From assembly GCF_963921235.1 (NCBI RefSeq), contig NC_086098.1, forward strand, positions 62,001 to 126,000: a stretch of 64,000 bases of DNA, given 5' to 3'. Positions 51,521 to 63,103 of the stretch are shown here, one piece after another. The translations under genes were made by a program, and so were the position numbers. This DNA comes from Mobula hypostoma (lineage: Eukaryota). Under the pieces are notes generated by a model. That model made no database searches and was not told the DNA's origin. It was given only the letters and a program-made list of their open reading frames with translations. Every line of letters begins with the position of its first letter. Position 1 is the first letter of the stretch.

Positions 51521-53365
51521 ATAGAACATAGAAACATAGAAACATAGAAAATAGGTGCAGGAGTAGGCCATTCGGCCCTTTGAGCCTGCACCACCATTTA
51601 TTATGATCATGGCTGATCATCCAACTCAGAACCCAGCCTTCCCTCCATACCCCCTGACCCCTCCAGCCACAAGGGCCATATCTAACTTCCTTTTAAACAT
51701 AGCTAATGAACTGGCCTCAACAGTTTGCTGTGGCAGAGAATTCCACAGATTCACCACTCTCTGTGTGAAGAAGTTTTTCCTAATCTCGGTCCTAAAAGGC
51801 TTCCCCTCTATCCTCAAACTGTGACCCCTCGTTCTGGACCTCCCCAACATCGGGAACAATCTTCCCGCATCTAGCCTGTCCAATCCCTTTAGGATCTTAT
51901 ATGTTTCAATCAGATCCCCCCTCAATCTTCTAAATTCCAACGAGTACAAGCCCAGTTCATCCAGTCTTTCTTCATATGAAAGACCTGCCATCCCAGGAAT
52001 CAATCTGGTGAACCTTCTTTGTACTCCCTCTATGGCAAAGATGTCTTTCCTCAGATTAGGGGACCAAAACTGCACACAATACTCCAGGTGTGGTCTCACC
52101 AAGGCCTTGTACAACTGCAGTAGTACCTCCCTGCTCCTGTACTCGAATCCTCTCGCTATAAATGCCAGCATACCGTTCGCCTTTTTCACCGCCTGCTGTA
52201 CCTGCATGCCCACTTTCAATGACTGGTGTATAATGACACCCAGGTCTCGTTGCACCTCCCCTTTTCCTAATCGGCCACCATTCAGATAATAATCTGTTTT
52301 CCTATTTTTGCCACCAAAGTGGATAACTTCACATTTATCCACATTAAATTGCATCTGCCATGAGTTTGCCCACTCACCCAACCTATCCAAGTCACCCTGC
52401 ATCCTCTTAGCATCCTCCTCACTGCTAACACTGCCACCCAGCTTCGTGTCATCCGCAAACTTGGAGATGCTGCATTTAATTCCCTCATCCAAGTCATTAA
52501 TATATATTGTAAACAACTGGGGTCCCAGCACTGAGCCTTGCGGTACCCCACTAGTCACCGCCTGCCATTCTGAAAAGGTCCCGTTTATTCCCACTCTTTG
52601 CTTCCTGTCTGCTAACCAATTCTCCACCCACACCAATACCTTACCCCCAATACCGTGTGCTTTAAGTTTGCACACTAATCTCCTGTGTGGGACCTTGTCA
52701 AAAGCCTTTTGAAAATCCAAATATACCACATCCACTGGTTCTCCCCTATCCACTCTACTAGTTACATCCTCAAAAAATTCTATGAGATTCGTCAGACATG
52801 ATTTTCCTTTCACAAATCCATGCTGACTTTGTCCAATCATTTCACCGCTTTCCAAATGTGCTGTTATCACATCCTTGATAACTGACTCCAGCAGTTTCCC
52901 CACCACCGACGTTAGGCTAACCGGCCTATAATTCCCCGGTTTCTCTCTCCCTCCTTTTTTAAAAAGTGGGGTTACATTAGCCACCCTCCAATCCTCAGGA
53001 ACTAGTCCAGAATCTAACGAGTTTTGAAAAATTATCACTAATGCATCCACTATTTCTTGGGCTACTTCCTTAAGCACTCTGGGATGCAGACCATCTGGCC
53101 CTGGGGATTTATCTGCCTTCAATCCCTTCAATTTACCTAACACCACTTCCCTACTAACATGTATTTCACTCAGTTCCTCCATCTCACTGGACCCTCTGTC
53201 CCTTACTATTTCTGGAAGATTATTTATGTCCTCCTTAGTGAAGACAGAACCAAAGTAATTATTCAATTGGTCTGCCATGTCCTTGCTCCCCATAATCAAT
53301 TCACCTGTTTCTGTTTGCAGGGGACCTACATTTGTCTTTATCAGTCTTTTCCTTTTTACATATCT
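51521..53365 (-). mobile_element. Young 5'-truncated CR1-D with uninterrupted RT reading frame
   Basis: ORF 51626..53398 differs from 14551..16224 at only a handful of residues; (GAAACATA)n on the plus strand at ~51521-51550. Confidence 0.95.
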
Positions 53366-56300
53366 ATGGTACAGCACAGTAGAGGCCCTTCGGTCCACAA
53401 TGTTGTGCTGACCCTGAAACCCTGCCTCCCATATAACCCCACCCTACCTTAAATTCCTCCATATACCTGTCTAGTAGTCTCTTAAATTTCACTAGCGTAT
53501 CTGCCTCCACCACTGACTCAGGCAGTGCATTCAATGCACCAAGCACTCACTGAGTAAAAAACCTTCCTCTAGTATTCCCCTTGAACTTGCCACTCCTTAA
53601 CTTAAAGCCATATCCTCTTGTATTGAGCAGTGGTGCCCTGGGGAAGAGGCGCTGGCTGTCCACTCTATCTATTCCTCTTAATATCTTGTATACCTCTATC
53701 ATGTCTCCTCTCATCCTCCTTCTCTCCAGAGAGTAAAGCCCTAGCTCCCTTAATCTCTGATCATAATGCATACTCTCTAAACCGGGCAGCATCCTGGTAA
53801 ATCTCCTCTGTACCCTTTCCAATGCTTCCACATCCTTCCTATAGTGAGGCGACCAGAACTGGACACAGTACTCCAAGTGTAGCCGAACCAGAGTTTTATA
53901 GAGCTGCATCATTACCCCGCAACTCTTAAACTCTTTTTCTCGACTTATGAAAGCTAACACTCCATAAGCTTTCTTAACTATCCTATCTACCTGTGAGGCA
54001 ACTTTCCAGGATCTGTGGACATGTATCCCCAGATCCCTCTGCTCCTCCACCCTTTCATGTATCCTGCCATTTACTTTGAACTCTGCCTTGGAGTTTGTCC
54101 TTCCAAAGTGTACCACCTCACTCTTAGAAACCATAGAAAAACCACAGCACAGAAACAGGCCTTTTGACCCTTCTTGGCTGTGCCGAACCATTTTCTGCCT
54201 AGTCCCACTGACCTGCACATGGACCATATCCCTCCATACACCTCCCATCCATGTATCTGTCCAATTTATTCTTAAATGTTAAAAAAGAACCCGCATTTAC
54301 CACCTTGTCTGGCAGCTCATTCCATACTCCCACCACTCTCTGTGTGAAGAAGCCCTCCCTAATGTTCCCTTTAAACTTTTCCCCCCTGACCCTTAACCCA
54401 TGACCTCTGGTTTTTTTCTTCCCTTGCCTCAGTGGAAAAAGCCTGCTTGCATTCACTCTATCATACCCATCATAATTTTATATACCTCTATCAAATCTCC
54501 CCTCATTCTTCTGCGCTCCAGGGAATAAAGTCCTAACCTATTCAACCTTTCTCAGTAACTGAGTTTCTCAACTCCCGGCAACATTCTTGTAAACCTTCTC
54601 TGCACTCCTTCAACCTTATTAATATCCTTCCTGTAATTTGGTGACCAAAACTGAACACAATACTCCAGATTTGGCCTCACCAATACATTATACAACCTCA
54701 TCATAACATTCCAGCTCTTATACTCAATACTTTGATTAATAAAGGCCAATGTACCAAAAGCTCTCTTTACGACCCTATCTAACTTGACTTCACTTTTAGG
54801 GAATTTTGTATCTGTATTCCCAGATCCCTCTGTTCTCCTGCACTCCTCAGTGCCTTACCATTTACCCTGTATGTTCTACCATGGTTTGTCCTTCCAACGT
54901 GCAATACCTCACACTTGTCTGTATTAAACTCCATCTGCCATTTTTCAGCTCATTTTTCCAGCTGGTCCAAGTCCCTCTGCAGGCTCTGAATACCTTCCTC
55001 ACTGTCTAATGCACCTCCAATCTTTGTATCATCAGCAAATTTGCTGATTCAATTTACCACATTATCATCCAGATCATTGATATAGATGACAAATAACAAT
55101 GGACCCAGCACTGATCCCTGTGGCACACCACTAGTCATTCTTCTCCGGGTTGAACTCCATCTGCCACTTCTCAGCCTACTTCTGCATCTTATGAATGTCT
55201 CTCTGCAATCTTCAACAATACTCCACATTATCCACAACATCACCAACCTTTGTGTCATCTGCAAACTTGCCAACCCACCCTTCTACCCCCACATCCAGGC
55301 CGTTAATAAAAATCATGAAAAGTAGAGGTCCCAGAACTGATCCTTGTGGGACACCACTCGTCACAACCCTCCAATTCGAATGTACTCCTTCCACCACGAC
55401 CCTCTTCTTTCTGCAGGAAAGCCAATTCTGAATCCACCTGGCCAAACTTCCCTGGATCCCATGCCTCCTGACTTTCTGAATCAGCCTCCTGTGTGGAACC
55501 TTGTCAAATGCCTTACTAAAATCCATGTAGATCACATCCACTGCACTACCCTCATCTATATGACTGGTCACCTCCTCAAAGAACTCTATCAGGCTTGTTA
55601 GACATGATATGTCCTTCATAAAGCCATGCTGACTGTCCCTGATCAGACCATGATTCTCTAAATGCCCAGAGATCCTATCTGTAAGTATCCTTTCCAACAG
55701 CTTTCGCACCACAGACGTAAGGCTCACTGGTTTATAATTACCCGGACTATCCCTACTACCTTTTTTGAACAAAGGGACAACATTCGCCTCCCTCCAATCC
55801 TCCGGTACCATTCCCGTGGACAACGAGGACATAAAGATACTAGCTAGAGGCTCAGCAATCTCTTCCCTCACCTCGTGGAGCAGCCTGGGGAATATTCCGT
55901 CAGGCCCCAGGGACTTATACGTCCTAATGTATTTTAGCAATTCCAACACTTCCTCTCCCTTAATATCAACATGTTTCAGAACATCAATCTCACTCATATT
56001 GTCCTCACCATCATCAAGTTCCCTCTGATTGGTGAATACCAAAGAGAAGTATTCATTGAGGACCTCACTCACTTCCACAGCCTCCAGGCACATCTTCCCA
56101 CCTTTATAGCTAATCGGTCCTACCTTCACTTCTGTCATCCTTTTGTTCTTCACATAATTGAAGAATGCCTTGGAATTTTCCTTTACCCTACTCGCCAAGG
56201 CCTTCTCATGCCCCCTTCTTGCTCTCCTCAGCCCCTTCTTTTTCTTGCTACCCTATATTCCTCAATAGACCCATCTGATCCTTGCTTCGTAAACCTCATG

Positions 56301-56647
56301 TATGCTGCCTTCTTCCACCCGACTAGATTCTCCACCTCACTTGTCACCCATGGTTCCTTCACCCTACCATGCTTTATCTTCCTCACCGGGACAAATTTAT
56401 CGCTAACATCCTACAAAAGATCCATAAACATTGACCACATGTCCATAGTACATTTCCCTGCAAAAACATCATCCCAATTCACACCCGCAAGTTCTAGCCT
56501 TATAGCCTTATAATTTGCCCTTCCCCAATTTAAAATTTTCCTGTCCTCTCTGATTCTATCCTTTTCCATGATAATGCTAAAGGCCAGGGAGCGGTGGTCA
56601 CTGTCCCCCAGATGCTCACCCACTGAGAGATCTGTGACCTGACCCGG
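53366..56647 (-). mobile_element. 5'-truncated CR1-B split by a CR1-E insertion
   Basis: ORFs 53547..54248 (part), 55212..56198, 56411..56656; rejoins at EKC|EVVHFG. Confidence 0.88.
54122..55138 (-). mobile_element. 5'-truncated CR1-E
   Basis: Same 3'UTR as ~8300-8658; ORFs 54199..54456 and 54552..54749. Confidence 0.88.
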
Positions 56648-56984
56648 TGAAACCACTGAAACCTTTCATTTCTTCTACCAAACTGCATGAGCACACACTT
56701 CCCAACAATGTATTCCATCTGCCAGTTCTTTGCACATTCTCCTAATTTGAGTAAGTCCTTCTGTAAAGTTTTTCTGCAAACTTTGCTACAATCATCCAAA
56801 TCACTGACATATAATGCAAAAAGGAATGGTCCCAACACTGACCACTGTGGAACACCACTAGTCACCAGCAACCAGTCAGAAAAGGCTCCCTATATTCCCA
56901 CTCTTTGCCTCCTGGCAATCAGCCACTGCTTTGTCCATGCTGGAATCATTCCCACAATACCATGGCCTTGTAACTTGTTAAGCA

Positions 56985-57158
56985 GTCCAATGAAAAAGAG
57001 TGGCTGTTCTGTGAGCGAAAACATCTTGTTAACTCAACTTGCTGAATGTTTTTGTTTGTTTTTGGCACCATTCTTTGTAAACTCCAGAGTCTGTTGTGCG
57101 TAACAATCCCAGGAGATCAGCAGGTTCTGAGATACTCAAATCACCCTGGATGGCACCT
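56985..57158. mobile_element. Possible Tc1/mariner remnant amid degraded CR1 pieces (56648-57723)
   Basis: CACCATTCT.TGTAAACT..AGAG..TGTTGTGCGT..AATCCCAGGAGATCAGCAG resembles fish Tc1-type sequence from memory; no TIRs or ORF seen. Confidence 0.4.
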
Positions 57159-57801
57159 AATTAATTAGCTTGTTTATTTTGGCTTTTTTCTTGAGGATGT
57201 GCTGGACATGCTCTGGTGCGCTCTGGCTAGCACTGCACCCCTGGATCTAAGGTAGGGACATGTTTGGCACAGCTTTGTGGGCCGAAGGGCCTGTAGTGTG
57301 CTGTAGGTTTTCTATGTTCCTATGTTTCTAATCTAGTGATTCTTGAATGATCATTACTGATGCCTCCACAATTGCTTCAGCCACTTCTTTCACAACCCTG
57401 GGATGTACATCATCAGTTCCAGGTGACTTGTCTATTTTCAGACCTTTCAGTTTCCCAAGAACCTTCTCTTTAGTTATGGTAACTTCACATAATTCATGAC
57501 CCTGACACCAGGAACTTCCACCACATTTCTAGTGTTTTCCACAGTGAAGATTGATACATCATACTTATTCAGTTCATCTGCTACTTCTTTGTCCCCCATT
57601 ATAACCCCTACAGCATAGCTTTCCAGCAGTCCGATATCCATCCCTGTTTCTATTTTACACCTTATGTATCTGAAGAAACTTTTGGTATCCTTTTTAATAT
57701 TACTGGTTACCTTACTTTCATATTCAGCACCTAAGTTACAGAGAAAGGTTGAACAAGTTAGGTCAACAACAAACAACAGGAATTCTGCAGATGCTGGAAA
57801 T

Positions 57802-59196
57802 TCAAGCAACACACATAAAAGTTGCTGGTGAACGCAGCAGGCCAGGCAGCATCTGTAGGAAAAGGTGCAGTCGACGTTTCAGGCCGAGACCCTTCGTCAG
57901 GACTAACTGAAGGAAGAGTGAGTAAGGGATTTGAAAGCTGGAGGTAATAATAATGTTAGGATTAGTGCGGAGGGAGTGGAGAGCAGAGCGTTCCGAAGGA
58001 GTGAGGTTGGAATGGGGACAAGGTGCGGTGAAGTCGAGACGGTTGATGTCCCGTCGGCAGTTGGCAATAAAGAGATCCAGAGCAGGCAGAAGACCAGAGC
58101 GGGGTGTCCATGAAGAAGAGGAGGGTTGAAGACGGGAGAAGGGGTCATCGGTGGGGGTGGAAGAGTCCTTGCCGAAGAAGTAGGCTCGGAGACGGAGACG
58201 GCGGAAGAAAAGTTCCGCATCATGGCGAACACGGAACTCGCTGAGGTGTGGGCGAAGGGGGACAAACGTGAGGCCCTTACTGAGAACAGAGCGTTCTGCC
58301 TCCGACAGTTGAAGGTCGGAGGGGATGGTAAAGACCCGGCACGGATGAGAGCTGGGATCAGAGGGGGGAGGGGGGAGGCTGGGGGTGTCAATGGAGAGGG
58401 GAGGGTTGGGGTGAGAGGAAGATGGAGCCTCTGAGGGCCAAGGAGTTGACGGTGGGATCTGAGGAAGACGGGGCTGCGGAGTGGTGGTGGGGGAAGGGGA
58501 GACGGGAGTCACAACAGCAGCACATAAAGACCCGGCCTGGAGTTCAAGGCTGGAGTCGCAGTTGGTGGTTGCGCGATCGCTTTGAATGTCTCCATGGTCG
58601 TTGCTGGAGTCCGGGTTTTGAATATGTCCTGAGGTGTTGGAGCCGCCGAGATCAACGGCAGGGGCTGCAACCGAAAGTTCATGCCTGCTAGCGTCGGGGC
58701 CGGCAGGCTCTGGAGTCCGTAGATGTAAGATCTTGCGATCTTTGCCTAACATGACAAAGTCAAAGAAACGGCGATTGCAGGCGTGGATCCGACGGAGGAT
58801 GAAATAGCGGGTAGGACCATTACAGACGGCGAAGAAAGTGTCCCGAAGGTGTGGAAGGGTCTGGGATAGGGACACCAAGTACCTCCTCATGGCGGAGAGC
58901 GTCGCCTTCAGAGCTTGACGGGAGAAGCGGCGAGAGGCAGAGTCAATGAAATGTGAGTACCTGGGATCCTCAGAAGGTCCAAATTGAGAGGCTTGGAAAC
59001 GAATCCTAAAGCCAACTGGAGTAAGTTGGCGACGGAGGCACGTTCCAAGAAAGGATACATGGCTGTGATAGCGAGTTTGAGTCAAAGTCTGGTCGAAAAG
59101 TTGAAGAGCCGAAGAAATCACAGATGGGGAGCAGTGAGAGATGGTTTCACTGAACTCCCGTCGAAGAGAGGATCTAAACTTCTTCGGTGTAGGCAT
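57802..59196 (-). CDS. Penelope ORF N-terminal region (no RT core, no GIY-YIG), open into the downstream pLTR
   Basis: ORF 57802..59274, first ATG at 59196; HVSFLGTCLRRQLTPVGF, LSEAERSVLSKGLTFVP, FFRRLRLRAYF, NLTPSERSALHSLRTNPNIII then breaks off. Confidence 0.75.
   Translation of the reverse strand: MPTPKKFRSSLRREFSETISHCSPSVISSALQLFDQTLTQTRYHSHVSFLGTCLRRQLTPVGFRIRFQASQFGPSEDPRYSHFIDSASRRFSRQALKATLSAMRRYLVSLSQTLPHLRDTFFAVCNGPTRYFILRRIHACNRRFFDFVMLGKDRKILHLRTPEPAGPDASRHELSVAAPAVDLGGSNTSGHIQNPDSSNDHGDIQSDRATTNCDSSLELQAGSLCAAVVTPVSPSPTTTPQPRLPQIPPSTPWPSEAPSSSHPNPPLSIDTPSLPPPPSDPSSHPCRVFTIPSDLQLSEAERSVLSKGLTFVPLRPHLSEFRVRHDAELFFRRLRLRAYFFGKDSSTPTDDPFSRLQPSSSSWTPRSGLLPALDLFIANCRRDINRLDFTAPCPHSNLTPSERSALHSLRTNPNIIITSSFQIPYSLFLQLVLTKGLGLKRRLHLFLQMLPGLLRSPATFMCVA
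57869..57904 (-). ncRNA. Minimal type I hammerhead ribozyme (Penelope pLTR)
   Basis: UAGUC-CUGACGA-AGGGUCUCGGCCU-GAAA-CG-UC/GACUG: intact core, helix I UAGUC:GACUG, palindromic ACGU stem III. Confidence 0.85.
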
Positions 59197-59330
59197 CACC
59201 GGAAGAGGCTTCGCAGTAGTGAATTTAAACGCAAACAACAGGAATTCTGCAGATGCTGGAAATTCAAGCAACACACATAAAAGTTGCTGGTGAACGCAGC
59301 AGGCCAGGCAGCATCTGTAGGAAAAGGTGC

Positions 59331-59366
59331 AGTCGACGTTTCAGGCCGAGACCCTTCGTCAGGACT
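59331..59366 (-). ncRNA. Minimal type I hammerhead ribozyme (Penelope pLTR)
   Basis: Identical to 57869-57904, 1462 bp away. Confidence 0.85.
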
Positions 59367-59849
59367 AACTGAAGGAAGAGTGAGTAAGGGATTTGAAAGC
59401 TGGAACAAGTTAGGTCTTTATTCTTTGGAGCATAGAAGGTTGAGGGGGGAACTTGATAGAGGTATTTAAAATTATGAGGAGGATAGATAGAGTTGACGTG
59501 GATAGGCTTTTTCCATTGAGAGTAGGGGAGATTCAAACAAGAGGACATGAGCTGAGAGTTAAGGGGCAAAAGTTTAGGGGAAACACGAGGGGGAACTTCT
59601 TTACTCAGAGAGTGGTAGCTGTGTGGACCGAGCTTCCAGTAGAAGTGGTTGAGGCAGGTTCGATGTTGTCATTTAAAGTTAAATTGGATAGATATATGGA
59701 CAGGAAGGGAATGGAGGGTTATGCGCAGAGTGCAGGTAGATGGGACTTGGTGAGAGTAAGAGTTCGGCATGGACTAGAAGGGCCAAGATGGCCTGTTTCT
59801 GTGCTGTAATTGTTATATGGTTATATTCCATCTTTACCTTCTTAATGAT

Positions 59850-61470
59850 TATAAGACCATCTGACATAAGTGCAGAATTAGGCCATTCAGCCCATTGAGT
59901 CTGTTCTGCCATCCAATCATGCCTGGTCCTGGATCCCATACAACCCCATACACTGCCTTCTCACCATAATCATTGATGCCCTGGCTGATCAGGAAATGAT
60001 CAACTTTTGCTTTAAATATACCCAAGGACTTGGGCTGCACCACAGTCTGTGGCAGAGGATTCTATAGATTCACTACTCTGGCTAACAAAAAATTCCTCTT
60101 TACCTCTGTTCTAAAAAGTTACTCCTCAATTTTGAGGCTGGGTCCTTTAGTTTCTGGATAGCCCCAACATAAGAAATATCCTTTCCACAAACACCCTATC
60201 TAGTCCTTTTAACATTCGGTAGGTTTCAATGAGATCCCCACGTATTCTCCTTAAATCCAGTAGGTACAGGCCCAAAGCTGCCAAATGCTCCTCACATGTG
60301 AACCCCTTCATTCCTGGAATCATCCTTGTAAACTCCACTGGAATCTTCAATGACAACACATCCTTTCTGAGATAAGGGCCTAAAACTGTTGATAATACTT
60401 CAAGTGCAGCCAGATTGGTGTCTGATAAATCCTCAGCATTATCTCCCTGCTTTCATATACTATTCCCCTAGAAATAAATGACAACATTGCGTTTGCTGCC
60501 TTTAGACCATAAGACCATAAAACCATATGAAATAGAAGCAGAATTAGGCCATTCAGCCCATCAAGTATGCCTTGCCATTCCATCATGGCTGATTCCATAT
60601 CCCACTGAACCACATACACCTGCCTTCTTGCCATAACTCTTGATGCCCCGATGGATCAGAAAATGATCAACTTCTGCCTTAAATATACCCATGGACTTGG
60701 CCTCCAGCACAGTCTGTGGCAGAGCACTCCACAGGTTCACTACTCTCTGGCTAAAAAAAAATCCTCTTTACTCTGTTCTAAAAGGTCACCCCTCAATTTT
60801 GAAATAACTACCAACATTGCATTTGTCTTTTTTAGCACAGACTCAGCCTGTAAACTAATCTCTGGGAGTCTTGCATGAGGACTCCAAAGTCCCTCTGCAC
60901 CTCTGATGTTTGAACATTCTTCACATTTAGACAATACACCTCAGTATAGTTCCATTTATCAAAATGCATTTCTTACATTTCCCAACACTATATTCCATCT
61001 GCCACTTCTTTGCCCATTCTTTAATTTGTCTGAGTTCTGCTGCAATCGCATTGTTTCCTCAGCACTACCTACCCCTCTACCTATCATATCATCCACAAAC
61101 TTTGCCAGAGAGCCATCATTTCCATTATCCACATGAATGACAAAGTGAAAAGTAGCAGTTGCAATACTGAACCCTGAGGAATGCAACTAGTCACTGGCAG
61201 CCAACTGGAAAATGCCCCTTTTATTCCCACTCGCTACCTCCTGCCTGTCAGCCATTCCACTATCGATGCTAGTGTCTTTCCTGTGACGCCACTGGATTTT
61301 ATCTTGTTAATGTGTGGTACCTTATCGAATACCTTCTGAAAATCCAAGTAAATTACACCTCACTGCCTCTCCTTTGTGCTTGTGCTTGTAACACTCTGCT
61401 TGTTACTTCCTCAAAGAACTCTAACAAATCTGTCAGGCAGGGTTTCCCTTTTCAGAAGCCATGCTGACTG
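59850..61470 (-). mobile_element. Old degraded CR1 with a nested CR1 3' end (~60503-60800)
   Basis: (GACCATAA)-type tails on the plus strand at ~59850 and ~60503; RT remnants (LAKFVDD, FTRMIPG). Confidence 0.75.
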
Positions 61471-63103
61471 AACCTGGCCACTGGTACTGTTCTAATCTGC
61501 TTCAAGTGCGCCGTGGTCCAGCCCCTCCTGAAAAAACCCTGCCTTACCAAGTAACTACAGACCTATTTCAAACTTCCATTCCTGTCAAAGGTTCTTGAAA
61601 AGGTTATTCTAGTCAATTGCTGCCTTACCTACACCAAAACAACATCTTGGAAAGATTTCAGTCAGGTTTAAGGCTTATCATAGCACAGAGCCTGCCCTGT
61701 TGAAAGTGTAAAATGATCTCCTCCTCTCTACCGACTCTGCCATCCTAATTCTTCTTGACCTCTGCGCAGCATTCGATACTGCGGATCATGCCATTTTAAT
61801 AGACCGTCTCCTGTACGGGGTTGGTGTTGGTAGCACTGCCTTGAACTGGTTCACATCCTACCTCAAAAATAGAAGCTTCGTCGTCAACATAGGCAAATTT
61901 TCCTCTTCTCCAGCTAGTTTTTCCTGAGGGGTCCCACAAGGTTCCATCCTAAGTCCTATTCTTTTCTCTATATACATGCTTCCCCTCAGCCAAATCATTC
62001 AAAAACACGATATTTCCTTCCATTGTTATGCTGACGACACATAGCTTTATTTCCTCTTGAAACCAAAAGATCAGTCAAATCTAGTCAGCCTCACGAACTG
62101 CCTTGAGGACATAAAGTGTTGAATGGCACAAAACTTCCTACTGCTGAATGAAGGCAAGTCTGAAGTTGTCCTATTTGGTCCCCCTGACTCCATCAAAGTG
62201 ATTACCAATAGTCTTGGTAACCTGTCCACCCTTGTCAAACCCCATGTCAAAAACCTTGGTCCTGACGAAGGGTCTCGGCCTGAAACGTCGACTGTACCTC
62301 TTCCTAGAGATGCTGCCTGGCCTGCTGCATTCACCAGCAACTTTGATGTGTGTTGCTGTGATATTTGATTCTGCCTTTAAGTTTAACAACCAAGTTAATG
62401 CAGTAGTAAAAGCCTGTTTTTGCCAGCTTCGTACTATTGTCAAAATCAAGTCGTTTCTCTCTTTCAAAGATCTTGAGAAAGTCATTCACGCCCTTATATC
62501 CTCCCGCTTGGACTACTCCAACTCCCTGTATACTGGGATTAGTCAGTTGTCCCTGTCCCGTCTGCAACTGGTCTAAAATGCCGCAGCCACGCTCCTGACA
62601 GGTGCCCGGAAGAGGGACCATATTACTCCTATCCTGGCCTCCCTCCACTGGCTGCCAGTACAGTTTAGAATTGATTTTAAGGTTCTCCTGTTTGTTTTTA
62701 AAGCCCTAAATGGCCTGCACCCCCCCCCCTTATATCACAGACCCTTCTAACCCCTTATTCTACTTCCAGGTCCCTCAGGTCAGCTGACTTGGGGCTCCTG
62801 GCTGTCCCGCGATCTAAATTTCAGTTCGGGGATGACCGCGCCTTTGCTATTGTAGCTCCTAGACTGTGGAACAGCATTCCCCTTGCTATCAGATCTGCCC
62901 CCTCCATTGACTCTTTTAAATCCAGGCTCAAAACTTAACTTTATTCACTAGCGTTTGAATCTTCCTGATGTTGCTGATTTTTTGGCTTGTGCTTAGGCTC
63001 ATGTGTTGTTTATTTTGTGCCTATAAGCTGTGTGCCTTGTTGTTTATATCTGTGTTTCTTCTATTTGTGATTTTAGCTACCTGTTATGGATTGTACAGCA
63101 CTT
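61470..63103 (+). mobile_element. L2-clade LINE, 5'-truncated, degraded
   Basis: Manual translation [74 protein letters not shown]. Confidence 0.88.
62260..62356 (+). mobile_element. ~97-bp Penelope pLTR fragment starting at an intact hammerhead (62258-62293), inserted in L2
   Basis: GTCCTGACGAAGGGTCTCGGCCTGAAACGTCGACT; splits the L2 peptide KNLG|VIFD. Confidence 0.85.

Larger units (their letters stand above)
57765..59402 (-). mobile_element. Young internally deleted Penelope-like element with two identical pLTRs
   Basis: 173-bp direct repeats 57770-57942 and 59232-59404; 14-bp TSD GAACAAGTTAGGTC (57751-57764 / 59403-59416); CpG-rich. Confidence 0.9.
57724..59826 (+). mobile_element. CR1-A 3' fragment hosting the Penelope derivative
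   Basis: LSYRERLNKLG|LYSLEHRR rejoin; ORF 59453..59809; tail TATATGGTTATAT. Confidence 0.88.

Noticed and set aside
51626..53398. 590-aa ORF as an independent RT gene
   Set aside because: 5'-truncated CR1 ORF2 whose apparent start comes from the neighbouring element's 3'UTR
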